Below are positions 1-25,920 of a DNA stretch of 64,000 bases, one piece after another. The translations under genes were made by a program, and so were the position numbers. Position 1 is the first letter of the stretch, and each line of letters begins with the position of its first letter. The stretch is from Macrostomum lignano (taxonomy: Eukaryota): assembly GCA_002269645.1 (NCBI GenBank), contig NIVC01000761.1:1-64000 (forward strand). Direction: 5' to 3'. The notes below the pieces were generated by a model that was not told the origin of the DNA, made no database searches, and worked only from the letters and a program-made list of their open reading frames with translations.

Positions 1-32
1 ATGCCTGTTAATTGCAACCAACTCAACTCCAG

Positions 33-4711
<4,679 letters not shown>

Positions 4712-5487
4712 ATAACCGCCAAAAGTTGAACAGTTTTTAAACAAACTACATGTATGCTATTTAAAACAAAAACTCGGAAAAATGAATACAAAAAAAGTTG
4801 AGTTTATTCTTTTCTGTCGACGTTTTCCAACATCGAACTTTGAATGCCATTTTGTTGTGACCATATATAATAATTTTATTTTCTACCCGATATCGTAAGT
4901 TTTGTTTTAATATTCTTAGTAAATCTTAGCACCCGTTCACGAGTCAACAGATTAAACCAGAAAATTCTAATTTTCGTCGCCTATTAACGTTTAAAGTTCA
5001 TCTCAGCCTAAACAATAAGGGTATTTTCGATGATTAATCATTTAATCTTGGTTGTAGTTTTTTGATTTAAAAATACACTTTGTTATACTGTCTTAAATCA
5101 GTTTTTTTAATCTTAGTTGCGTGTGCTCACTCAGACATCTTTCTGTTTTGTCAGCTAATTTTGTTTCATCTTGATGACAGAACGCAGTTTAGAATATGGA
5201 GCGAAACTCAGTCTGGCTTTCTGTCCTGAGCTAATTGTCTGTCTGTTGGGTCTCGGGAGCTGCTGATGTGAGCAGAGCTATTTTGTTTACTCAATTTTAT
5301 TGCTTAAGCTTTAAGGGGTTTCAGTCCACTCGGAGCGTAAACAGTCTACTTGAGTAGTTGCTTTCAGTGTGCCTTGCTGGCTCTGCCGAAGTTTACACAC
5401 GTGCTGAGAACTGAAAAACTGTGCTTTAGGTGTGTGAAATTGAGTAATTATAAATAGTCTGAGGGTCTGGGACTGTACAGAGGCACA

Positions 5488-6725
5488 GCAACTGAGGATC
5501 TGCGAGGCTGGCCCAGCAACTGAGGATCTGGGAGGCTGGCCCAGCAACTGAGGATCTGGGAGGCTGGCCCAGCAACTGAGGATCTGGGAGGCTGGCCCAG
5601 CAACTGAGGATCTGGGAGGCTGGCCTCAGCATCTGAGGATCTGGGAGGCTGGCCCAGCAACTGAGGATCTGGGAGGCTGGCTCAGCAACTGAGGATCTGG
5701 GAGGCTGGCTCAGCAACTGAGGATCTGGGAGGCTGGCCCAGCAACTGAGGATCTGGGAGGCTAGCTCAGCAACTGAGGATCTGGGAGGCTGGCTCAGCAA
5801 CTGAGCATCTGGGAGGCTGGCTCAGCAACTGAGGATCTGGGAGGCTGGCCCAGCAACTGACACTCTGGGAGGCTGGTCCAGCAACTGAGGATCTGGGAGG
5901 CTGGCCCAGCAACTGAGGATCTGAGAGGCTGGCTCAGCAACTGAGGATCTGGGAGGCTGGCCCAGCAACTGAGGATCTGGGAGGCTGGCTCAGCAACTGA
6001 GCATCTGGGAGGCTGGCTCAGCAACTGAGGATCTGGGAGGCTGGCCCAGCAACTGAGCATCTGGGAGGCTGGCCCAGCAACTGAGGATCTGGGAGGCTGG
6101 CCCAGCAACTGAGCATCTGAGAGGCTGGCCCAGCAACTGAGCATCTGGGAGGCTGGCCCAGCAACTGGGGATCTGGGAGGCTGGCCCAGCAACTGAGGAT
6201 CTGGGAGGCTGGCCCAGCAACTGGGGATCTGGGAGGCTGGCCCAGCAACTGACACTCTGGGAGGCTGGTCCAGCAACTGAGGATCTGGGAGGCTGGCCTA
6301 GCAACTGAGGATCTGGGAGGCTGGCTCAGCAACTGAGGATCTGGGAGGCTGGCCCAGCAGCTGAGGATCTGGGAGGCTGGCTCAGCAACTGAGCATCTGG
6401 GAGGCTGGCTCAGCAACTGAGGATCTGGGAGGCTGGCCCAGCAACTGACACTCTGGGAGGCTGGCCCAGCAACTGAGGATCTGGGAGGCTGGCCCAGCAA
6501 CTGAGCATCTGAGAGGCTGGCCCAGCAACTGAGCATCTGGGAGGCTGGCCCAGCAACTGGGGATCTGGGAGGCTGGCCCAGCAACTGAGGATCTGGGAGG
6601 CTGGCCCAGCAACTGAGGATCTGGGAGGCTGGCTCAGCAACTGAGGATCTGGGAGACTGGCCCAGCAACTAAAGAACCTGGAAGGCTGGCCCAGTAACTG
6701 AGGATCTGGTGGGGTGGCCCAGCAA
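5488..6725. repeat. 28-bp minisatellite (GCAACTGAGGATCTGGGAGGCTGGCCCA), intergenic
   Basis: Dozens of head-to-tail copies with no spacers. Confidence 0.95.
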
Positions 6726-7260
6726 CCAAGGTCCCGGGTCCGGAAATCTTGGTATCCCGTAAGGGACAGAAAGCACTGGAATAACAACCTAGCTGCTTCC
6801 TGAAGGTAAAACAGCGTCTCTGTGGGGGCGTGATAAATTATTCAGAATAAGAAAATAACTCTGGTTTGACTGCTTCTCAACCTGATTTCTAATTTGCTAA
6901 GTTTCCATCCACAGCATCCCCTAGCCAGGAGCGTCAGAGTGAGTTTCGGATGAATATTTCTTTGATGGCAGGATATAATTTCAGCAGGAACAGATTTCCT
7001 GTTCCCTATTAATTAGTTTTCGAATCTACTCGAAACGAAATGAAACTGCAGATGAAGCTCTTTGTTCTACATCGGAGCTGACTGTATTTTTCGTTAATTA
7101 TCAAACGTGGAATCGCATAAACTGATGAATTTTTGAACAGATCAACCGCGCACAGACAAATTTGCGCGGAGAAAACTCAGTAGGAACACCGATATGTGTT
7201 CGGTGGAAACATTTATGAAAAATCGTTGACAACGAGCGTGTACGAGGCTTTTTCGCGAAG

Positions 7261-7953
7261 TCACAGCTTCTTGGCGTACAGCGCCACATTCTCGAGGTCG
7301 TCAGCTTGCAGCTTCTCAAACGGCCGGCTGCCATCAACTGGATCAACAAAGTCAGGAATGTGCAGCACGTTGAGTCTGTCGAATTTTAGACCATCGTAGA
7401 TTCGTTCTGAGTACTTGTTGCCGGTGATGACAGAGGTCACCTGCAACTGCCAGTCCTTGGCGACCTCCAGGGAGAACTGCACCAGTCTCTTGGCGATGCC
7501 GCGGCCCGCGTGGCTGTCGCTCACCACGAGGAATTTGAAGGCCATCACGGTGTCGGCGTTGTACCGCTGGAACAGGTCGATGTCACCAGTGAGCTGGTCG
7601 AACATCCGGAAGATGATGCTGTACTTCGGATATTTGGCCGCCTGTTCCGGGTCAGCCACTAGCGGATGCTTCTGGTTGCCGTCTTCGCGACGCTCGATGG
7701 ACGACAGCCTCGCGCCGATGACCTGTCCAGTGGCCGGGTCCTCCACCAGCAGCGACACGCCCTCATCCAGGATGTTCAGCACATCCAAGCGATCAAACTC
7801 AACGTCAGCTGGGAAGTCCATGCCTAGGAAGGGGCAGAGGGCGGTTCTCGGGTGAAACTGAGTGGCCATCAGCTTCCAGACCGGCTCGGCGTCAGCTGGA
7901 GTGGCCGTTCGATACACCAGACCGTCCGCTTGGCGGTTGAAGATCTTCTTCAT
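7261..7953 (-). CDS. AANAT: Arylalkylamine/dopamine N-acetyltransferase-like GNAT, paralog 1 (230 aa, intronless CDS)
   Basis: YRTATPADAEPVWKLMATQFHPRT N-terminus, GVSLLVED..TGQVIGARL, acetyl-CoA motif FKFLVVSDSHAGRGIAKRLV, TGNKYSERIYDGLKF. Probable 5'UTR intron 7954-8251 (AG|GTACGT ... CCAG|ATG). Confidence 0.85.
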   Translation of the reverse strand: MKKIFNRQADGLVYRTATPADAEPVWKLMATQFHPRTALCPFLGMDFPADVEFDRLDVLNILDEGVSLLVEDPATGQVIGARLSSIERREDGNQKHPLVADPEQAAKYPKYSIIFRMFDQLTGDIDLFQRYNADTVMAFKFLVVSDSHAGRGIAKRLVQFSLEVAKDWQLQVTSVITGNKYSERIYDGLKFDRLNVLHIPDFVDPVDGSRPFEKLQADDLENVALYAKKL

Positions 7954-8684
7954 CTGGTATTAGTGTCTTAATAATAAATGTCTTTCTTAGAAACTACAGA
8001 AGTTAATATCGAGGCAAATCAAATGGAGGTTTTATTCTAAGGGTGAAGTGGGTGAGGGAGGCAGATTAGATTTGCAATGGGGTGGTTGGGCAGTGGGCAG
8101 TGCAACCAGTGTGTGGCCGGGGGGGGAGCTGCCCGACCTGAGAGGCTCGAGACGAGAGCGCGCGGAGGGGAGAGAGAGAGCGCTACGTGTAGATTGGACT
8201 TGGGGTGTGGGAGACGGGAAAGGAAAGAGAGGAATTCATATTCTAACGTACCTTTCCTGCCCTTCCCCAAGGGGCTGAGGCAACCAGAACGAACGGAGCG
8301 CGCTAAACTGACTGACACAGTGTCCGACTGAATCTACCGGTATAGCATTCTCCACTGCGAGCCAGAGATAATATCAAAGTACGAATGACCTCAAGATTAA
8401 TGGCTTAAATTCTTCAAAACCTTGCATACAACTACAAGCAACTGCCACATACGAGACGATATTTACAAAATTCTCTTCAACCTACTCGACACGAGACTTC
8501 CGAGCATTTTAACAGAGCGAATTTATTTGATGCAGGCACAGAATGCAGACTCCAACCCCAGCCCGACACCAAAAAGCTTTTCAAACGCCTTTGCTACCAA
8601 ATATGTGTGCCAATATGTGTCCTAATCGGTGTAATATCTGTGGCCAAAAGATGAAATCTGTGTCTGACAGGTGATACCTGTGTA

Positions 8685-8912
8685 TTAACATGAAATATAT
8701 GCGTCTTAACATGTGATACTTGTGTCTTAACATGAGATACCTGTGTTTTAACATGAGATACCTGTGTCTTAACATGTGATACCTGTGTCTTAACATGAGA
8801 TACCTGTGTTTTAACATGAGATACCTGTGTCTTAACATGTAATACCTGTGTCTTAACATGTGATACCTGTGTCTTAACATACGTGATACCTGTGTCCAAC
8901 AGGTGATACCTG
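8685..8912. repeat. 21-bp minisatellite (CTTAACATGTGATACCTGTGT)
   Basis: Direct reading. Confidence 0.9.
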
Positions 8913-9014
8913 TAAGAGGAAATCACTTCAGATTTCAGTTACTTGTTTAAAAAACATATTTTTGACATTAAGAAGCATCATATACTACTTATAGAAATCA
9001 TTAAAGTTAATGCG

Positions 9015-10366
9015 CTAATCGATAAAATTAATTCTCTTAGCATAGAGCACAGCATCTCTCAGCTCAGCTTCATCAATTAAAGCGAACGGCCTGCCTCCCG
9101 TCACCGGGTCAACGAACTCGCTGAGTCTCAGCGTGCTCAACAGATCGAAGTCCATCGACGAGTAGATTCGCTCCGAGTATCGACTGGCGGTGCAAGTGGT
9201 TGCCAGGGGGATCGCTATTCTCGCGGCCAGCTCAAGCGACAGCTCAACCAGCCTCTTGCCGATGCCTCTCCGCGAATGCGACTCGGCGACCACGAGGAAC
9301 TTGAAGGAAATCGCTCGATCAACTTTGTACAGCTTGGCCAGATCGACACTGCAGGACAGATGGTCGAACATCCGGTACACAGCGCTGCACTTTGAGTAGG
9401 CGGCCGCCAGATTTGAGTCTGTCAGCAGGGGATGACGCGACTGACACTGCTCCGTCAGCTGCTCCACCGTTGTTGGTCGAGCAGCGACCAGTTTTCTGAA
9501 CCAGTTTAGTTGAAGGTTGAAGCTGAACAACTGAGTTTACAAGAACACCTGAGGCTACAAACACCTGAGGCTACAAACACCTGAGGCTACAAACACCTGA
9601 GGCTACAAACACCTGAGGCTACAAACACTTCAGGCTACAAACACCTGAGGATACAAACACCTGAGGCTACAAACACCTGAGGATACAAACACCTGAGGCT
9701 ACAAACACCTGAGGATACAAACACCTGAGGCTACAAACACCTGAGGCTACAAACACCTGAGGCTACAAACACCTGAGGCTATAAACACCTGAGGCTACAA
9801 ACACCTGAGGCTACAAACACCTGAGGCTATAAACACCTGAGGCTACAAACACCTGAGGCTACAAACACCTGAGGCTACAAACACCTGAGGCTACAAACAC
9901 CTGATGCTACAAACACCTGAGGCTATAAACACCTGAGGCTACAAACACCTGAGGCTATAAACACCTGAGGCTACAAACACCTGAGGCTACAAACACCTGA
10001 GGCTACAAACACCTGAGGCTATAAACACCTGAGGCTACAAACACCTGAGGCTACAAACACCTGAGGCTATAAACACCTGAGGCTACAAACACCTGAGGCT
10101 ATAAACACCTGAGGCTACAAACACCTGAGTCTGCTGTCTCACCCTGAAGCAGAGTCCTCGACAACCAGGGACACCCCATGGCGGATAATTGCCGGCAGCA
10201 GGGTGTGCAGAATCTCCACATCCTGCGGTATTCGCATTCTCAAGCAGCAGCACAGCTCAGTTCGGGGGTAAAACTCGGCCACCATGAGCTGCCAGACAGC
10301 CTCCGTGTCGGCCATTGTGGCATTTCGATACACGAGGCCGTTCTCTTCAACTCGAACGACTGACAT
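9015..10366 (-). CDS. AANAT: AANAT-like GNAT paralog 2; exons 10366-10143 and 9495-9015
   Basis: Exon 1 (GLVYRNATMADTEAVWQLMVAEFYPRT...GVSLVVEDSASG|GTGAG) splices in phase 2 to TTCAG|A AAA CTG (KLVAAR...FKFLVVAESHSRRGIGKRLV...YSERIY...DPVTGGRPF). Colinear with paralog 1. Confidence 0.87.
9544..10129. repeat. 16-bp minisatellite (ACAAACACCTGAGGCT) filling the AANAT-2 intron
   Basis: Direct reading; occupies about 90% of the 647-bp intron. Confidence 0.95.
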
Positions 10367-10682
10367 TTTTTTGTCATAGCCTGCGAAATCTTTAAAGAAA
10401 TTCTACGTTTGTACAGGTGATTATTGAGTTTAGAAGCTCTATTTAAGCTAGCTACCTTATCGTATCTTGATTGGGTTGCGCACAAACTGGGTTAAAGTTG
10501 TAAAACCTTGCGTTGGATTGTATCTGATAGCTGGATTTAACCTTTCCAATGCAGATCTTGCCACTGCGAGTGGCGCCAAGGCCATTTTATGTTTAACTTT
10601 GAACAGGTTGTTAGACTGTTTAGAGAACTTGTTTTGCGAGCTGTTGTGTCAGTTTATTTAATGAGTTTGTCATTTGATTGGC

Positions 10683-10985
10683 ACACAGGTGACACTGCTG
10701 TCTAACAGGTTGCACTCTTGTATAACAGGTGACACTGCTGTCTAACACACAGGTGACACTGCTGTCTAACACACAGGTGACACTGCTATCTAACATACAG
10801 GTGACACTGCTGTCTAACACACAGGTGACACTGCTGTCTAACATACAGGTGACACTGCTGTCTAACATACAGGTGACACTGCTGTCTAACACACAGGTGA
10901 CACTGCTGTCTAACATACAGGTGACACTGCTGTCTAACACACAGGTGACACTGCTGTCTAACACACAGGTGACACTCCTGTCTGA
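10683..10985. repeat. 24-bp minisatellite (ACACAGGTGACACTGCTGTCTAAC)
   Basis: Direct reading. Confidence 0.92.
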
Positions 10986-11579
10986 AGTACTCGTAGCAAA
11001 TCAGCAGTTGCTGTCATCTAAATTCTCTATTCCAGATCACATCACAATATTTTCAAATGAAAATATGCTTTCTAGCTACTATCAGTAGAACTAAAGGCAA
11101 ATGTAAACAAAAATATATTCTAACCGCGCTCGTAATTGTGAATCATCAGTTAAAAAGTTACCCGTCAGAAATAATTAGTTCGCCCATAGAAATTCCAACG
11201 CGGGTTTCGGATACCCGTCTAAACTAATGCGCGGCGTATTTTGCTGTCGTGGCGTACTTTTAAAATATTCGGTTGACCAAACAGACATGATGTAGGTTGC
11301 TAGAACATTTCTGCAGACTCTGTTATCAATCTTGCTATAGAGAATTTGGTAGCAGCATTTATGAAGGAATTTCCTTCCATTGCTACTGTCTGTAAAATAC
11401 TAATGCTTTATTAGTTACGAGCAGAGCTTTTTTCTAGTAGCCAGCTGAGGCATAATTGCACTGGCTCTGTGCAGTGCAATGTCCTGGCTACAGGCAGCTG
11501 ACTCTGACACCTTTGACTTTGGTACCTGCGCTTCACTCTCTTCACTCTTCACCCTTTCACTCGTCCTGTCTTTAATGGT

Positions 11580-11816
11580 CTCTCTGTCTCTCTCTCCCTC
11601 TCCCCCCCCCATCGTTCTCCCTCTCTCTCTCCCTCTCTCTCCCTCTCTCTCTCTCTCTCTCCCCTCTCTCCCTCTCTCTCCCTCTCTCTCTCCCTCTCTC
11701 TCCCTCTCTCTCTCTCCCTCTCTCTCCCTCTCTCTCCCTCTCTCTCTCCCTCTCTCTCCCTCTCTCTCTCTCTCTTCCCTCTCTCCCTCTCTCTCCTCTC
11801 TCTCTCCCTCTGTCTA

Positions 11817-11887
<71 letters not shown>
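11580..11887. repeat. CT-rich microsatellite
   Basis: Direct reading. Confidence 0.95.
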
Positions 11888-12769
11888 TCAACCTTCAACA
11901 ATTCTCAGTACAATATTCAACACTAAAATGTTTACAGTTTAACTCAGCATAAGCATAATCCCCTCATAGTTACCAATCTTATTTGCACCACGCAAATAAA
12001 AATCAACTGAAAGAGCAGTGCTTGACAGAATTGTAATTAAAAATACTTAATTTACAGTTCCAGTGTCCATTCCGCGATTCGTATAGCCATTTATAAAATA
12101 GGTGTTCAGTGTTTGGGGATCTGGACACTGAGGGAGACACAAACAGAGAACCCATTCACAAGCTCACAGGAATTTCCAAAAATATAACACAGTAAATAAC
12201 CTACTCAAAACATTCTGCCTGAGCCCTAAAATTTACTGTCTAAAAATATTATTGAACTAAAAAAAGCTCAAGTGACTAAAAAAAGCTCAGTTTAATGCCC
12301 AAAAAATGAATATTTTCAGGGATGCTGCGGGCACCCTGGCTGGCTGAGTTCACCGCTGAGCTGATCTGCACCTGAAGCAGATTTGATTGTTTCGACTCCG
12401 ACCTCAGAAACAGCTGTCCTGGATTTGCAGGTTTCGCACCTTTATGGAGGAAATAAAATCTCTTCTTCTAGAAGAGGAACAAGGGAAGAAGGAAGTAGAA
12501 CACGTGCTTAGACTGTTAATTTTCCAAGGTTTCCGCAGTCAGTTCTGCGGACTGCGGATTATATTTTTCATTAGGACAAGAATTCGCGTGGCAACCTTGG
12601 CAGTTCCAGGTGCTGCAAAGGTGCAAAAGTGCGACAAAGTGGAACAGAAAAGTCTCGGCGACAATTTTCGATTTTTCAGTTTTCTAGGTTGCGACGTGCA
12701 CTGGGATTTGCTTTGGAGGAAATTATAGGAGTTAGAGAGGAAGACTGAAAAGCAGATATGGAGGGGGTA

Positions 12770-13778
12770 GAGAGTTGGATAGAGAGGGAGATAGAGAGGG
12801 AGATGGGAGATAGAGAGGGAGATAGAGAGGGAGATAGAGAGGGAGATAGGGAGGGAGATAGAGAGGGAGATAGAGAGGGAGATAGAGAGGGAGATAGAGA
12901 GGGAGATAGAGAGGGAGATAGAGAGGGAGATAGAGAGGGAGATAGAGAGGGAGATAGAGAGGGAGATAGAGAGGGAGATAGAGAGGGAGATAGAGAGGGA
13001 GATAGAGAGGGAGATCGAGAGGGAGAGGGAGATAGAGAGGGAGATAGAGAGGGAGATAGAGAGGGAGATAGTGAGGGAGATAGAGAGGGAGATAGAGAGG
13101 GAGATAGAGAGGGAGATGGAGAGGGAGATGGAGAGGGAGATGGAGAGGGAGATAGAGAGGGAGATAGAGAGGGAGATAGAGAGGGAGATAGAGAGGGAGA
13201 TCGAGAGGGAGATAGAGAGGGAGATAGAGAGGGAGATCGAGAGGGAGGAGATAGAGAGGGAGATAGAGAGGGAGATAGAGAGGGAGATAGAGAGGAAGAT
13301 AGAGAGGGAGATGGAGAGGGAGATGGAGAGGGAGATAGAGAGGGAGATAGAGAGGGAGATCGAGAGGGAGGAGATAGAGAGGGAGATAGAGAGGGAGATA
13401 GAGAGGAAGATAGAGAGGGAGATAGAGAGGGAGATGGGAGATAGAGAGGGAGATAGAGAGGGAGATAGAGAGGAAGATAGAGAGGGAGATAGAGAGGGAG
13501 ATCGAGAGGGAGGAGATAGAGAGGGAGATAGAGAGGGAGATAGAGAGGAAGATAGAGAGGAAGATAGAGAGGAAGATAGAGAGGGAGATCGAGAGGGAGA
13601 TCGAGAGGGAGATCGAGAGGGAGATCGAGAGGGAGATCGAGAGGGAGATCGAGAGAATGAGATAGAGAGGGAGATCGAGAGGGAGATAGAGAGGGAGATA
13701 GAGAGGGAGATCGAGAGGGAGATAGAGAGGGAGATAGAGAGGGAGATAGAGAGGGAGATAGAGAGGGAGATAGAGAAG
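12770..13778. repeat. 12-bp purine satellite (GAGAGGGAGATA)n
   Basis: Direct reading; explains the SLSI, REIE and GDRE ORFs. Confidence 0.95.
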
Positions 13779-13955
13779 TAGACAGGCCAGAAGACACAGA
13801 AGCATTCAGAGAACAGCGCCAAGACTGAACAAAGAGAGAATTTTGTCAATCGATATTGCACAGCAACTCAACAAGCCATTCGCTCATTGGTTGGCCAGCC
13901 AGTCCAGCTGACCAATAGTGAGAGCTGGGGTCAACTGACCACCCTTCCCTTACAG

Positions 13956-23811
<9,856 letters not shown>

Positions 23812-23957
23812 GAAGCCTGAGAGAATGACATGAAATTGAGGGATGGAGCAGGTTTAAAGATGTGTCCAATCCTAGAGATCTGTCCTGTCTGCACCTTTTC
23901 TATCCGCTTTTACCATGCAATTTATCCTTTGAAAAGGTGTTCTTGTCTTCCGCCTGC

Positions 23958-24219
<262 letters not shown>

Positions 24220-24989
24220 ATTAGCATGCAGGTACATGTACTTTCACTACCCAATGAAATCATCATAGACTTTGCATACATTTGCTCGTACAAGCATGTT
24301 TAAACTACTGCAGCTTTGTTCTGAACTAAAAATTTAGAAATCGCATGCCTACTAAGAATACTGTTAGCGAGTCGATCACAACTCACAAAAAAGCCACTGG
24401 AGAAGCAAAAGCCGCACTGAATTTATTGCTAATACCTGAAATTTATTTGTCATTGAATCAAACATCCGTATTTAATTGTTACTAAAATTGTAAATAGCTC
24501 TTTCGGTAGGTCAATGCAAATAAACAAAATAAAAAAACTACTTTTATTTAAATCAGTAGTTAATACAATACTCATAAAAATATATTCATTTTTAATATTT
24601 GCCTTTTATTACAAGCTACTACAGTAGCTTTAAATTCGATTGGAAATTCAAATTAATTTTATTCTTTGAAATTTATTGAAAAAAAGATTTCCGATTTCGA
24701 TTTACGCACTGTTTGTTTTACTGCGCTAACCGAATAGACCCGAGAAGGCACCATAGTTTTCTGAAATTGGAATCGGGTTATATAACAATAGGGTTTAAAA
24801 ATTGTGCTTTTTGTCCAGAATCGACACTCAAAAAATATTAAGCTCTAGTGACTGTGAAATTTTCAAATTTGAATCGTAGATAGTTTGGAGTCAGATGTGT
24901 ATCGGCAGGGAAGCCTCTATGGTTGCTGCCCCTGGTATTGGTCATAGAGTTTTAATCATGACTGTAATCAGTTTTGGTCAATATGAACA

Positions 24990-25430
24990 GTTTGGATCAG
25001 AGCTTGCGTCGTAGACAATTTAGGGCCAAAGATAGAGTTTGGGTCATAAACAGGTTCTCGGTCATAAAAAGACTTCGGGTCATGAACAGGTTTTAGGTCA
25101 TCAGACAGTTTGGGTCATTGACAGAGTTTGGGTCATAGACAGGTTTGGGTCATAGACAGGTTTGGGTTCATAGACACAATTTTGGTCATTGACAGAGTTT
25201 GGGTCATAGACAGGTTTGGGTCATAGACAGGTTTGGGTCATAGACAGGTTTGGGTTCATAGACACAATTTTGGTCATTGACAGAGTTTGGGTCATAGACA
25301 GGTTTGGGTCATAGACAGGTTTGGGTTCATAGACACAATTTTGGCCATTGACAGAGCTTGGGTCATTGACAGAGTTTGGGTTCGTAGACACAATTTTGGT
25401 CATTGACAGAGTTTGGGTCAAAGACAGGTC
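24990..25430. repeat. 18-19 bp minisatellite (GGGTCATAGACAGGTTT)
   Basis: Direct reading. Confidence 0.88.
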
Positions 25431-25920
25431 ACTAATCGTCAAAAATGCTGATCACAAGCAGCTTAGACCAACTTCAGAAATAAGACAACAAATTGACAGG
25501 CTAGGAAAAAATAGAGTAAGGCAATTAAATTCATTACTCAGATAAGTAGTATTTAGCAGTGCGTAAAAATGAAATCTATTTGTATTTCAATAAGGTATAT
25601 ACCAGGTATTTGTTGCTCTTAGGAACAAAAAATAGCAATTAATAATAAAACTACTTTAGAGTGAGAGGACAGCTGAAGAAAAGTTCTCTGGAAGACTATA
25701 AAATAATTTAGGAAGAAAGCTACTTGTAAAAATAGCTGTTTGTTTCGCAAAATAAATTTTTATTACTTTACTTTAGACGGCGCAGTTACTGTTAGTAGAC
25801 AGTTCAACGTATCAATCGAATTTTTAGCCAGTCTTTTAGGCAAGTAAAAAGGAAATGTTTCTTGGAAGAAAAAAGTTCAGAAAATTAAAAATAAACAAGA
25901 ATAAAAAGATTCTTGGCGAA

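Noticed and set aside
5426-6787. Long overlapping ORFs and a CRISPR-like regular 28-bp repeat
   Set aside because: Head-to-tail repeats with no unique spacers and no cas genes; the ORFs are by-products of a nearly stop-free unit.
12539-13861. 440-aa SLSI, SPS and DREG ORFs
   Set aside because: Translations of the 12-bp purine satellite.
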